Positions 30,781 through 39,019 of a stretch of DNA of 54,197 bases are shown piece after piece. Each line of letters begins with the position of its first letter. The first letter of the stretch is position 1. The notes beneath the pieces are model-generated. The model was not told the origin of the DNA. It worked only from the letters and a program-made list of their open reading frames with translations, and made no database searches. The stretch covers positions 1 to 54,197 of the forward strand of contig JAVCDB010000008.1 of assembly GCA_030765205.1 (NCBI GenBank). Direction: 5' to 3'. Source of the stretch: Candidatus Aadella gelida. Lineage in GTDB: Bacteria; Omnitrophota; Gorgyraeia; Tantalellales; Tantalellaceae. Made by a program: the position numbers and the translations under genes.

Positions 30781-31257
30781 TCAGCGCGTTATCTCTGTAA
30801 TTTCATACTCCAATATCCCCGCCGGCACCTTAGCGTTTACAACGTCTCCCAACTTGTGTCCCAGCAGAGCTTTTCCTACGGGAGAAGTAGCTGAGATCTT
30901 GTCCTCCTCAAAATCAGCCTCTTCCTCGGCAACAAGTACGTAGCAACATACCTCGCCGCTCGCCTTATCCTTAACCGTCACTGTAGCGCCAAGAAGAGCT
31001 TCATCTTTTGGCATAGATTCCTCATCAATTATACGCGCTCTCATAAGCGTATCTTCTATCTGTGAGATCTTTTTCTCAAGCATAACCTGCGCCTCTTTTG
31101 CGGCATCGTATTCAGCGTTCTCACTAAGATCTCCGTGAGCCCGGGCTTCAGCTAAAGCTTTAGCTATCTCTCTTCTTCTGGGACCTTTCAAAACTTCTAG
31201 GTCTTCGCACATCTTGTCTCTACCCTTACGTGTAAGATTTATATAATCACTAGCCAT
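30781..31257 (-). CDS. greA: Transcription elongation factor GreA
   Basis: ARAHGDLSENAEYDAAKE, ISATSPVGKALLG. Confidence 0.97.
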   Translation of the reverse strand: MASDYINLTRKGRDKMCEDLEVLKGPRRREIAKALAEARAHGDLSENAEYDAAKEAQVMLEKKISQIEDTLMRARIIDEESMPKDEALLGATVTVKDKASGEVCCYVLVAEEEADFEEDKISATSPVGKALLGHKLGDVVNAKVPAGILEYEITEITR

Positions 31258-31384
31258 TTTTTCCTCCTGTTGGATAGATTATACGGAAATACATCCCTAT
31301 TTACAAATAGAATTTACTATTCCCATCAAAACTATTTATTAAAATATTCCTTTTGTTAAATATTAAATAGCTAGCTCCCATATC

Positions 31385-31412
31385 TTGCTTTCCGTAGTTT
31401 TACGAGTAAACT
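31385..31412 (+). promoter_or_regulatory. Candidate promoter for the riboswitch-GH113 transcript
   Basis: TTGCTT-N16-TAAACT about 40 nt upstream of the aptamer. Confidence 0.4.
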
Positions 31413-31449
31413 TACTAATAGCACTATTAGTTCTTTAAAAGTCTCATTT

Positions 31450-31583
31450 GATCGATAAGGGCAAACTATTTGGAGCCGCGCATTGTGCTCCTCTTTGCTA
31501 TTAAGCAAAGCGAAAGAATAGGGCCGCAAAGTCTTGAGCCTACCTCCCGCCTATAAAGGGACATGGTTGTCGGACTGCCGAAA
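31450..31583 (+). ncRNA. c-di-GMP-I (GEMM-I) riboswitch, variant with insertion in P2
   Basis: TCG..AGGGCAAAC-TATT ... CGAAAG-AATAG-GGCCGCAAAG-TCTTGA-GCCTAC...ATGGTTG-TCGGAC-TGCCGA matches the GEMM-I consensus; G20, A47 and C92 equivalents present; lies in the 5' UTR. Confidence 0.8.
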
Positions 31584-31665
31584 TTAGAGTGTAAAGGTAT
31601 TATTTTACTTTTTATCACCCTATTTGCAATAGCTTGCCTGGAAGTTCTTCTAATAGGGAGATAAA

Positions 31666-32757
31666 ATGACTTTTACCATAAGACATAATACTACTAGAAT
31701 ACTGCGTTCCCTCATAATCACTATATTCCTTTTCAATTTTATTCTTACGCCCTCTTTCGTTTATCCGGAGGTAGCCTTTATTGCTCCGCAAAAAGGAATG
31801 TGCTATATAACCTGGGATCGGAACAGGTTCGCTTCGCAGTACTCCGATGAATCTTTAAAAAAACTTTCTACAATGGGAGTGGAATACATTTCAATCTGCC
31901 TCACCCATTATCAGGAAAAACATAATTCCACCAAGATAAAGTCTACCAGCAGAACTCCAAGCAGAAAAAGCCTTAAGCATGTCATAAAGAAAACGCATGA
32001 CCTTGGCATGAGCACGATGCTAAAGCCTCATATTGACCTCATAAGTAAAGGTGAGGGCACCTATTGGAGAGCCGATATTGGTTTTGCGTCCGAGCGAGAC
32101 TGGCAGAAATGGTTCGCAGAATACGAAAAATTTATCATTTCTTACGCGCGTATAGCTGAGAAAATGGATGTCGAGATATTTTGCATCGGAACCGAACTTT
32201 CTTTTGCTTCTCAAAGAACGTCAGATTGGAAAAACATCATTTCAGAGATAAGAAAAGTGTATTCAGGGAAGCTGGTATATGCAGCTAACTGGGACAACTT
32301 TAAGAATATAGAATTTTGGGACGAACTCGATTATGTCGGAATAGACGCTTATTTCCCTCTGACCTATACTACTAGACCTACTCTTGAAGACCTAAAGGGC
32401 GGCTGGACAAAGTGGAAGAACGAGATAGAAGCGTGGCACTCAAAAATAAACATACCTGTACTCTTTACAGAGATCGGATATGCCAGCACTGCAGGTGCTC
32501 CTTATTCTCCCTGGAAAGGAGGCTCTTTCGGAAACGCGGACATAAGCATCCAGGCATTATGTTACAAAGCATTTTTTGATACAATATGGAATGAACCATG
32601 GTTTGCCGGTGTCTACTGGTGGAAGTGGGATACAAACGTCCGCGCAGGCGGAGTTTACAATCGTCAGTTCACCCCTCAAAATAAACCCGCACAGAAAATA
32701 ATCGAAGCTAATTATAAAGGACTAACAGGAAACAGAGTTTATGCAATGGCTAAATAA
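31666..32757 (+). CDS. Glycoside hydrolase family 113-like protein (beta-mannanase-like), exported
   Basis: Signal/TM segment, MLKPHI, CIGTEL (acid/base), YAANWD, GIDAYFPL, FTEIGY (nucleophile), GVYWWKW. Confidence 0.85.
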   Translation: MTFTIRHNTTRILRSLIITIFLFNFILTPSFVYPEVAFIAPQKGMCYITWDRNRFASQYSDESLKKLSTMGVEYISICLTHYQEKHNSTKIKSTSRTPSRKSLKHVIKKTHDLGMSTMLKPHIDLISKGEGTYWRADIGFASERDWQKWFAEYEKFIISYARIAEKMDVEIFCIGTELSFASQRTSDWKNIISEIRKVYSGKLVYAANWDNFKNIEFWDELDYVGIDAYFPLTYTTRPTLEDLKGGWTKWKNEIEAWHSKINIPVLFTEIGYASTAGAPYSPWKGGSFGNADISIQALCYKAFFDTIWNEPWFAGVYWWKWDTNVRAGGVYNRQFTPQNKPAQKIIEANYKGLTGNRVYAMAK

Positions 32758-32758
32758 A

Positions 32759-32821
32759 TCCCTCTACTTTCTAGTTTCTACCCTCTGACTTTCGACCTTC
32801 AGACTTTCTGACCTTTAGACT
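32759..32821. repeat. Pyrimidine-rich heptamer-like array between convergent genes
   Basis: TCCCTCT ACTTTCT AGTTTCT ACCCTCT GACTTTC GACCTTC then GACTTT/GACCTT units. Confidence 0.7.
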
Positions 32822-32823
32822 GC

Positions 32824-33267
32824 TCACAAATCCTGATGCTCATTCTCCGATAGGTCTTCCCGGGAAATCAGTTTTCCGTCGTTATCAAATACCAGGTATA
32901 TTTTATCTTTTGTAGAAAAAGATTCGGCTGCAGGTTTATATACCCACCTTTGTCCCTCTTTTTCTTCAAGCTTTATAACCGGCGCGCCGTATTTTTTACG
33001 CACTTCTTCAGACGTCTCGCCTTTTACAAGTTTTTCGGAATCCACGCCTTTCTTAATTTTAAGATAGTTTTCAGTTTCTATATTAAGTTCCCTGACCATG
33101 TAGTCCCGGCTCTCACTGATCTCTATCATGTTCTTCAATCCGCCTTTCACTCTTTTGTACTTAACCTTATCTTTTCCTTTTGTTTCGGCATAAGAAGAAA
33201 GTGCGGCGCTTCCCATGATCAAGATCACGGCAAATATCAATAGTTTTCTGCCTCTTGTTCTCTTCAT
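32824..33267 (-). CDS. Exported protein with BamE/SmpA-like C-terminal domain
   Basis: Signal peptide; GETSEEVRKKYGAP...RWVY...IYLVFDNDGKL pattern. Confidence 0.6.
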   Translation of the reverse strand: MKRTRGRKLLIFAVILIMGSAALSSYAETKGKDKVKYKRVKGGLKNMIEISESRDYMVRELNIETENYLKIKKGVDSEKLVKGETSEEVRKKYGAPVIKLEEKEGQRWVYKPAAESFSTKDKIYLVFDNDGKLISREDLSENEHQDL

Positions 33268-33289
33268 AATTTTTAAGTCTCTTCCGGGT

Positions 33290-34606
33290 CTAAAGAAGTT
33301 CCGCTGCCAAAGATGCCAAAGGACTTCTTTCACTTCTGGCTAAAGTCATATGTCCGAATGCCTTTTGCCCTTTCATTTTCTCGACGCAATACGTAAGCCC
33401 GTTACTCGAAGAATCAAGATACGGATTATCTATCTGATAAGGATCTCCGGTAAGAACCATTTTTGTATGATTACCCGCGCGGCTTATAACTGTTTTTACT
33501 TCATGAGGAGTCATATTTTGCGCCTCATCAATGATTATGAACCGGTTCGGTATGCTCCGCCCCCTCATAAAGGTCATGGCTTCCAGTTCAATAATCTTTT
33601 CTTTCATATATTTTTCTATACGGCTCTTTACCTTTCCGTCCTTATCTTTACTTTCCGCGTTGAATATATATTCCAGATTATCGAATATCGGCCCCATCCA
33701 ACTCTCAAGTTTTTCCTCTTTTGTCCCGGGAAGATAACCTATATCTCTCCCTAGAGGCATTACGGGTCTAGAAATAAGCATGCCTCCGTATGAGTTGTCC
33801 CGGACAACCTTCTGGAGCCCCGAGGCAATAGCTAGCAATGTCTTCCCCGTACCTGCCGGACCGACTAAAGTAACCAGACTAATATCATCATTAAGCAAAA
33901 GTTCCATAGCCATCGCTTGTTCCTTATTCTTTGGACGTATAGACATTACGTGAGTTTTGTTGAATATAAGAGGCATGAGTATATCAAAATCCTTTTTATA
34001 CCTCCCTATTGCGGTGTGTTTTGGGTCGTTCTTATCTGTCAGCAAAGCGAATTCATTGGGGAAGAACTTTTCTGCCTCAAGCTTGAGTTCCTTGGTCGAA
34101 TAGAACTGATCAATAGTTGCTCTGTCAGTCTCAACAGTATGCCATCCTCCGTAAAGCCTTTCTAGATCGACTTTTTGTTTTTCAAAATCTACACTCACGA
34201 TTCCGACAGCATCTGCTTTAATTCTCGCGTTTATGTCTTTAGATACAAAAATTACCTGCTCGCCCTTTTCCTTGCAATCATACGCGGCCAGAAGAATTCT
34301 ATTGTCTATCAAATTTTCCGATAGTCCTAGCTTCGCAGACCTTTTCTTGTCTACCCATACAACTATTCTCAAGAGTCCTCCGTTATCTAAAGAATACCCT
34401 TCTCCAGGCTTGCCTTTTTCCCGCATCTCGTCGAGCATCCTGATGGCTACCCGGGCATTCCTGCCGTTCTCATCGTGGTTTCTCTTGAATCTATCCAATT
34501 CTTCCAAGACCTCTATAGGCAAAAGAACTATATTGTCCTCAAAAGATATAAGCGAATTAGGATTATGCAAAATAACGTTAGTATCCAATACAAATGTTTT
34601 TCTCAA
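33290..34606 (-). CDS. PhoH family ATPase with N-terminal PIN domain (PhoH2/YlaK-type)
   Basis: VLDTNV PIN start, SKDINARIKA, GPAGTGKT, IGYLPG, RGRS, DEAQN, GDPYQID. Confidence 0.95.
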   Translation of the reverse strand: MRKTFVLDTNVILHNPNSLISFEDNIVLLPIEVLEELDRFKRNHDENGRNARVAIRMLDEMREKGKPGEGYSLDNGGLLRIVVWVDKKRSAKLGLSENLIDNRILLAAYDCKEKGEQVIFVSKDINARIKADAVGIVSVDFEKQKVDLERLYGGWHTVETDRATIDQFYSTKELKLEAEKFFPNEFALLTDKNDPKHTAIGRYKKDFDILMPLIFNKTHVMSIRPKNKEQAMAMELLLNDDISLVTLVGPAGTGKTLLAIASGLQKVVRDNSYGGMLISRPVMPLGRDIGYLPGTKEEKLESWMGPIFDNLEYIFNAESKDKDGKVKSRIEKYMKEKIIELEAMTFMRGRSIPNRFIIIDEAQNMTPHEVKTVISRAGNHTKMVLTGDPYQIDNPYLDSSSNGLTYCVEKMKGQKAFGHMTLARSERSPLASLAAELL

Positions 34607-34644
34607 GTCTTCCTCCTCTCTTTAAGTGGATCACCTGCCGCGTC

Positions 34645-35118
34645 TTATAATTTTTTAACCAAGCTAGCCGTACGCACGCCAAGCTCACGGCACTGCTTTT
34701 CTGCCCTAGCATCAGGCGCACCTATACTAACTGCCCCATAGTGATCTCCAGTATAACTACCCTGCACTACCATGCCGTGAATAAGCATCGCATTAAGTAT
34801 ATCGTTGATAGTCGTCTCGTTTCCCCCACCTATATTTGCGGCTGAAGAAAACGCCGCACCTACCTTACCTGAAAGTTTACCATGGAAACTTACTGAATCG
34901 TCAAAAAATTTCTTTATCTCAGCTGCCATTGAACCGTAATATGTAGGAGACCCAATTGCTATGGCATCATATTTGAGCGCCGCTTCGGGAAGGAAGTCCT
35001 TTATGTCGAACATCTCGACCTTTATATCCCCTTCCTTCTGCGCCCCTTCGGCTATTATTTCGGCCATCTTTTTGGTGTTACCTCCACGCGAATAATATAC
35101 AACAGCCATATTTTTCAT
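34645..35118 (-). CDS. Flavodoxin-like WrbA family NAD(P)H-dependent oxidoreductase
   Basis: YYSRGGNTKKMA, GSPTYYG, GKVGAAFSS..GGNETT, HGMVVQG. Confidence 0.88.
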   Translation of the reverse strand: MKNMAVVYYSRGGNTKKMAEIIAEGAQKEGDIKVEMFDIKDFLPEAALKYDAIAIGSPTYYGSMAAEIKKFFDDSVSFHGKLSGKVGAAFSSAANIGGGNETTINDILNAMLIHGMVVQGSYTGDHYGAVSIGAPDARAEKQCRELGVRTASLVKKL

Positions 35119-35134
35119 CTAACCCTCCTTTTTC

Positions 35135-35295
35135 GTGATTCGTGATTCGTGACTCGTGATTCGTGACTCGTCTCTCGTCCATCTTCTTTCTTCCTTCTAA
35201 CCTCTACCCTCTAACCTCTACCCTCTACCTTCTATCTTCTAACTTCTCGCATCGGTCATTCTCTGTCTATAGTCAATGGTCAATAGTCTATAGTC
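35135..35295. repeat. 23-unit 7-nt phased array (NNNNNTC)
   Basis: Unbroken register; 22 of 23 heptamers end in TC; blocks GTGAYTC x5, TAMCYTC-type x7, WATRGTC x4. Confidence 0.92.
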
Positions 35296-35300
35296 TTCTC

Positions 35301-36125
35301 TTACATTTCGTCCTCATCATTGACCAGGTTTATGTAAGATTCAAAACTTGTACCGCCCGCCACTACTCCCTTAAGATGAGCTATGCGTTCGGAAACATAT
35401 GGATGACTTTTGCCAAAAAAATATTTCATTCTAGGGGCTTTACTTCGAAGTTCGCGCAGTGTTTCCAAGGCCCCAATAGTTCCTCCTGGATCATAACCGG
35501 CTCTTTTCATGTATTTTACTGATAATTCGTCAGCCTGCTTCTCATCCTGCCTAGAATAAGCGGCCATAAGATGTCCTATAGCTGCCCCCAAAGACACATT
35601 CGTCTGTTCGACCTGCATCTGTGTCCCCAGCAGCATTAAAAGCGTCACACCTATATTTCCCTGCATCCTTTTAACGGAATGTTTAGCTTCTACATGCGAC
35701 ATCTCATGCGCCAGTACTCCGGCTATCTTTTTCTCATCCTTTAGTTCTTCCACAAGATCTGAAAAGACATAAATATAACCGCCCGGAACAGCAAAAGCAT
35801 TATAATTCTTTTCTTTTCTCTTTTCTCCCTCTTTACCTTTCAGCACCCTGAAACGATACACTATATCTCTGCGGTCTGTCCCGGATGCTACCTTCTCTCC
35901 TATTTTCTCGATCCTTTCCTGCATCAAGGGATCCACGGGCATGTCGTAATGTTTGCACACTTTCTCGTTAATAATGCGGCCCATACTCCTTTCTTTAGCA
36001 GCAGGGATGAAGATCATCTCCTCCTCATCAGTAGCAGGATTAACTGTCATCAAATTCCCCATCAAAAAGGGCACAGAAAAAAGTACCGCAATTAAAAGAT
36101 ATTTTATTTCTTGCCGCTTCCTCAT
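35301..36125 (-). CDS. M48 family metallopeptidase (BepA/YfgC-like)
   Basis: NAFAVPGGYIYV, LAHEMSHV, YSRQDEKQAD, SHP. Confidence 0.9.
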   Translation of the reverse strand: MRKRQEIKYLLIAVLFSVPFLMGNLMTVNPATDEEEMIFIPAAKERSMGRIINEKVCKHYDMPVDPLMQERIEKIGEKVASGTDRRDIVYRFRVLKGKEGEKRKEKNYNAFAVPGGYIYVFSDLVEELKDEKKIAGVLAHEMSHVEAKHSVKRMQGNIGVTLLMLLGTQMQVEQTNVSLGAAIGHLMAAYSRQDEKQADELSVKYMKRAGYDPGGTIGALETLRELRSKAPRMKYFFGKSHPYVSERIAHLKGVVAGGTSFESYINLVNDEDEM

Positions 36126-36194
36126 GAACTATATTATAATCTAAACATAAACAAATCTCTATAGTAATATGAGAGGTGGAGTGTTTCCGACCTC

Positions 36195-36220
36195 TCATCC
36201 TGAGTGAAACGAAGGATCTC
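36195..36220 (+). repeat. Single REP-like element
   Basis: TCATCCTGAGTGAAACGAAGGATCTC, related to the units at 38846-38930. Confidence 0.5.
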
Positions 36221-36251
36221 TTATTTTTAATCTCTAACTTATGGAGCGCAA

Positions 36252-36797
36252 ATGAATACATTTAAAGAACTGGTCAAGTCAAGAAGAAGTATCCGTTCCT
36301 ACTTAGGGCGCAGGATAGATCCCGAAAAACTTGAGCTATGCGCTGAAGCTGCGCTCTATTCCCCTTCAGCATGTAACTCCCAGCCCTGGAAATTCATCAT
36401 AGTTAATGATAACTCGGCCAAAGAAAAAATGAGAAGTTCCGTTTTCTCAGGACTTTACAACATGAACTCCTTTGCGTCAAATGCCGCAGCGTATATTGTT
36501 CTTATATCCAAAAAAACTAAACTCCCGGCAAGTATAGCGGGATATTTAATGCGTACGGATTTCAGGCAAATAGATCTTGGTATAGCCTGCTCAAACATTG
36601 TACTACAAGCAGAGGACCTAGGTATAGGATCCTGTATTTTAGGATGGTTCGATCAGAGAGCCGCAAGAAGAATACTTAATATCCCTCGCTTGGTTAATAT
36701 AGACCTTATTATAGCCTTAGGATATACGGACCAGGGACCCTCTTCGGAAAGAAGACTGAAGGACCGCGATGAGACCGTTTCGTACGATAGGTATTAG
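36252..36797 (+). CDS. Nitroreductase family protein
   Basis: RRSIRSY, SPSACNSQPWKF, DLGIA..NIVLQA.DLGIGSCILGWF, IALGY. Confidence 0.93.
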   Translation: MNTFKELVKSRRSIRSYLGRRIDPEKLELCAEAALYSPSACNSQPWKFIIVNDNSAKEKMRSSVFSGLYNMNSFASNAAAYIVLISKKTKLPASIAGYLMRTDFRQIDLGIACSNIVLQAEDLGIGSCILGWFDQRAARRILNIPRLVNIDLIIALGYTDQGPSSERRLKDRDETVSYDRY

Positions 36798-36800
36798 GGA

Positions 36801-37028
36801 GAAGCTAGAGGTTAGAAGGGTAGAGAGAAGAAGGACGAGGGACGTTATTAGACTATTGACCATTGACCATTGACCATAGACTGGGAATGCCCGATGTGAG
36901 GACAGTTTTAAAAGTTAAAAAGTTTTAAAGGGTTAAAGGTCAGGTTGGACTGATGGGGGGGAACAGTCCAAAAGGTAGAGATCGACTGCTGTGAAAATTG
37001 AAAGGTCAATAGTCAATCGTCTATGGTC
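36801..37028. repeat. Composite 7-nt and 9-nt phased arrays
   Basis: GA-started heptamers 36801-36899, 9-mers 36902-36937, hairpin TTGGACTG/CAGTCCAA, GTC-ended heptamers 37001-37028 complementary to 36851-36878. Confidence 0.85.
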
Positions 37029-37077
37029 AACAGATAACTGTTTACTACCATTCACTACATACCCTGTACCCTAACAT

Positions 37078-37118
37078 AAAAAAAGGGCGTCACATTTTAT
37101 TGTGACGCCCTTTTTTTT
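37078..37118. terminator. Bidirectional intrinsic terminator
   Basis: A7-GGGCGTCACA-TTTTAT-TGTGACGCCC-T8 between convergent genes. Confidence 0.92.
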
Positions 37119-37133
37119 ATGAAGTTTCAATAA

Positions 37134-37412
37134 TTAATCTTCGGGATACCAAAAAGTCGCTATCTGCCACACTCCACCAACAAATCTTGCTATACCCCTA
37201 CCCACATCGTCATTAGTTGCACTGGTACAATCAGAGAATGCAGGAGTTCCCTTAGTATTGGTCTCATTCATATTGTCGGGCACTTCTAAATCACCGTAAA
37301 CAACATTATCCAAACCAGTTCCGAGTTTCTCTAAGGGTTTATTAGTAGAAGCAAAAACACAAGTATTTGACATTACCGTTAATATAACCAAGAGTATTAA
37401 AACCTTTTTCAT
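37134..37412 (-). CDS. Small exported protein resembling the TIGR04073 (exosortase-associated) family
   Basis: Signal peptide; KLGTGLDNV..G..EVP ... R...GVWQIATF.YP pattern; own promoter and terminator. Confidence 0.6.
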   Translation of the reverse strand: MKKVLILLVILTVMSNTCVFASTNKPLEKLGTGLDNVVYGDLEVPDNMNETNTKGTPAFSDCTSATNDDVGRGIARFVGGVWQIATFWYPED

Positions 37413-37439
37413 ACACACCCCCTTTTCGCCTTTTGGTGA

Positions 37440-37468
37440 AGTATATCCGATAGGATAGCGATTGTCAA
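37440..37468 (-). promoter_or_regulatory. sigma70-type promoter
   Basis: TTGACA-N17-TATACT. Confidence 0.7.
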
Positions 37469-37501
37469 GTTTGCGGCATAAAAATCATATCTTTTTTCTG
37501 A

Positions 37502-38017
37502 TCAGATCACGCCCACCATGCTTAAGGCCGCTATGGTCTTAGAATCATTTATACGGCTCTTCCTGAAAAGCTTCTTGATATGGCCTCTATCAAGAAGTTT
37601 CGTTTTTATAATTTCGTCCTTTTCCTTCTTGGTTCTCCCCTCTTTAGAACAAACCGCCTTAAATATATATATCTTCTCGTTACAAAATCCGGGAGTGGTA
37701 TATATGTATCCGGCTCTCTCTATTTTCTCGGCTATATACCCCGTTTCTTCAAGTAGTTCGCGTTTAGCACATGCAAGAGGAGACTCTTCTGGGTCAAGTT
37801 TACCGGCCGGAAGTTCCCAAATATACTTACCAATAACGCCCCGGTACTGCCTTAGGAACAATATTTTCTTCCCGACAAACGGTACAACCAAAGCTGCTCC
37901 GGGATGTTCAATCTCCTCAAAATAACCTACCCGTCCCTGCGGAAGGGCCTTCCTCGAACGGAATACCTTGAGAAGCTTACCATCAAAAACACTTTTTTTA
38001 TAGGTCTTCATTTTCAT
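37502..38017 (-). CDS. NUDIX hydrolase (ADP-ribose pyrophosphatase-like)
   Basis: HPGAA, RQYR, ELPAGKLD...AKRELLEETG Nudix box, TPGF, DSKT. Confidence 0.92.
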   Translation of the reverse strand: MKMKTYKKSVFDGKLLKVFRSRKALPQGRVGYFEEIEHPGAALVVPFVGKKILFLRQYRGVIGKYIWELPAGKLDPEESPLACAKRELLEETGYIAEKIERAGYIYTTPGFCNEKIYIFKAVCSKEGRTKKEKDEIIKTKLLDRGHIKKLFRKSRINDSKTIAALSMVGVI

Positions 38018-38074
38018 CCTTTCCTAGTCAGTATATACAGCATGCCCTTTTTTGTCCAGAGAGCATTTTCACGC

Positions 38075-38117
38075 AAAAAAAAAGGACAGTCAATATCTTC
38101 TGATATGACTATCCCTT
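38075..38117 (-). terminator. Intrinsic terminator
   Basis: Minus strand GGATAGTCA...TGACTGTCC followed by U9. Confidence 0.75.
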
Positions 38118-38135
38118 GATTGAAAGCAAAGTAAC

Positions 38136-38507
38136 TTATTTTTTAATATATTCTAGAACGGCTTCCGCTTTCTTCTTATTCCATTCCTCTTTAAATTCCT
38201 GCTTGTCTTTCGTCTTAAGTTCCGGTGTAACGGTATAGGTACTTTTAAATGCCAATCTCTGTGACATTTTACCGGTTTTAGCGTCTTCAACTGGTACGAA
38301 CTTAATAAGAAGGGCAGAAAAAACAAGAAAAGTAACAGCACAAACAGCTGTATACCTTTTCATGCGATGCGACCAGATAGAAACTGTCTTACATTTCATC
38401 TCAACGCCGAAGTCGATTTCGCCTTTAAGATAGTCACCCGCCATATTACTGGCATCATCGGAATCAGCTGCGTCACATAAAAGCTCTATAACTGTTCTGT
38501 ATTTCAT
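38136..38507 (-). CDS. Hypothetical single-TM membrane protein
   Basis: ORF with GGGGAG SD, central TM helix, flanked by promoter and terminator. Confidence 0.7.
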   Translation of the reverse strand: MKYRTVIELLCDAADSDDASNMAGDYLKGEIDFGVEMKCKTVSIWSHRMKRYTAVCAVTFLVFSALLIKFVPVEDAKTGKMSQRLAFKSTYTVTPELKTKDKQEFKEEWNKKKAEAVLEYIKK

Positions 38508-38561
38508 TCTCTCCCCTATAGAAGTAAAATCGCCCCACATTTTTTGTCTCTTACATGAATA

Positions 38562-38590
38562 AGTTTACCTCACTTGGATAGCTCTGTCAA
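38562..38590 (-). promoter_or_regulatory. sigma70-type promoter
   Basis: TTGACA-N17-TAAACT. Confidence 0.65.
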
Positions 38591-38693
38591 CTAACTTTTT
38601 GAAACACTAATGTTAAGCATGGACTTTTCAGATTATCCTTGTTTTATATGAAATTGCTAGCTTTTTATATACTAACGAAATAGGAGAGACGAC

Positions 38694-38777
38694 GAAGTCA
38701 GAAGCTAGAGGCTGGAGGCTGGAAGGTAGAGGTCAGAGGTTAGATGTCAGTCGGTAGTAGTTAGTTGAGAGGTGAGA
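38694..38777. repeat. 7-nt phased array (GANNNNN)
   Basis: GAAGTCA GAAGCTA GAGGCTG GAGGCTG GAAGGTA GAGGTCA GAGGTTA GATGTCA plus 4 more G-started units in register. Confidence 0.85.
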
Positions 38778-38845
38778 TTGCTGTGGGATGTGATGATTTT
38801 TAAAGATTTAAAAGTCCGGGGCGGACGGCCAAGTAAATAAAAATA

Positions 38846-38930
38846 TGTCATTTCGAACGAATGACCGGAGGGAATGAGTTGAGAAATCTTATTAAGATCC
38901 CTCGACTCGCTACACTCGCTCGGGATGACA
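38846..38930. repeat. REP-like inverted doublet (TGTCATYYCG...RGATCTT/AAATCTT type)
   Basis: TGTCATTTCGAAC...GAGAAATCTT (38846-38890) and inverted AAGATCCCTCG...CTCGGGATGACA (38894-38930). Confidence 0.7.
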
Positions 38931-39019
38931 ACTCGAGAGGCCGAGAGACGAGAGCTATGCGCTTTGTAATCAGCCATTAAAAAGTCAATAGTCAATTGTC
39001 TATCAAGACCGTTCACTCT

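Noticed and set aside
31450-31583. 3',3'-cGAMP-selective (GEMM-Ib) assignment
   Set aside because: The position-20 equivalent is G (AGGGCAAAC), the c-di-GMP signature, not A
33290-34606. PIN-domain toxin-antitoxin module
   Set aside because: PIN is fused to PhoH (widespread PhoH2/YlaK); the upstream gene is a flavodoxin-like oxidoreductase, not an antitoxin
35135-35295. CRISPR array interpretation of the intergenic repeats
   Set aside because: Units are 7 nt and contiguous, with no 23-50 nt repeats separated by unique spacers and no cas genes
35163-35522. ORF 35163-35522 (+), also 38747-39016 (-) and 24859-25176 (+)
   Set aside because: Frames are open because they run through heptamer/REP repeats or antisense to real genes; low-complexity translation and no SD
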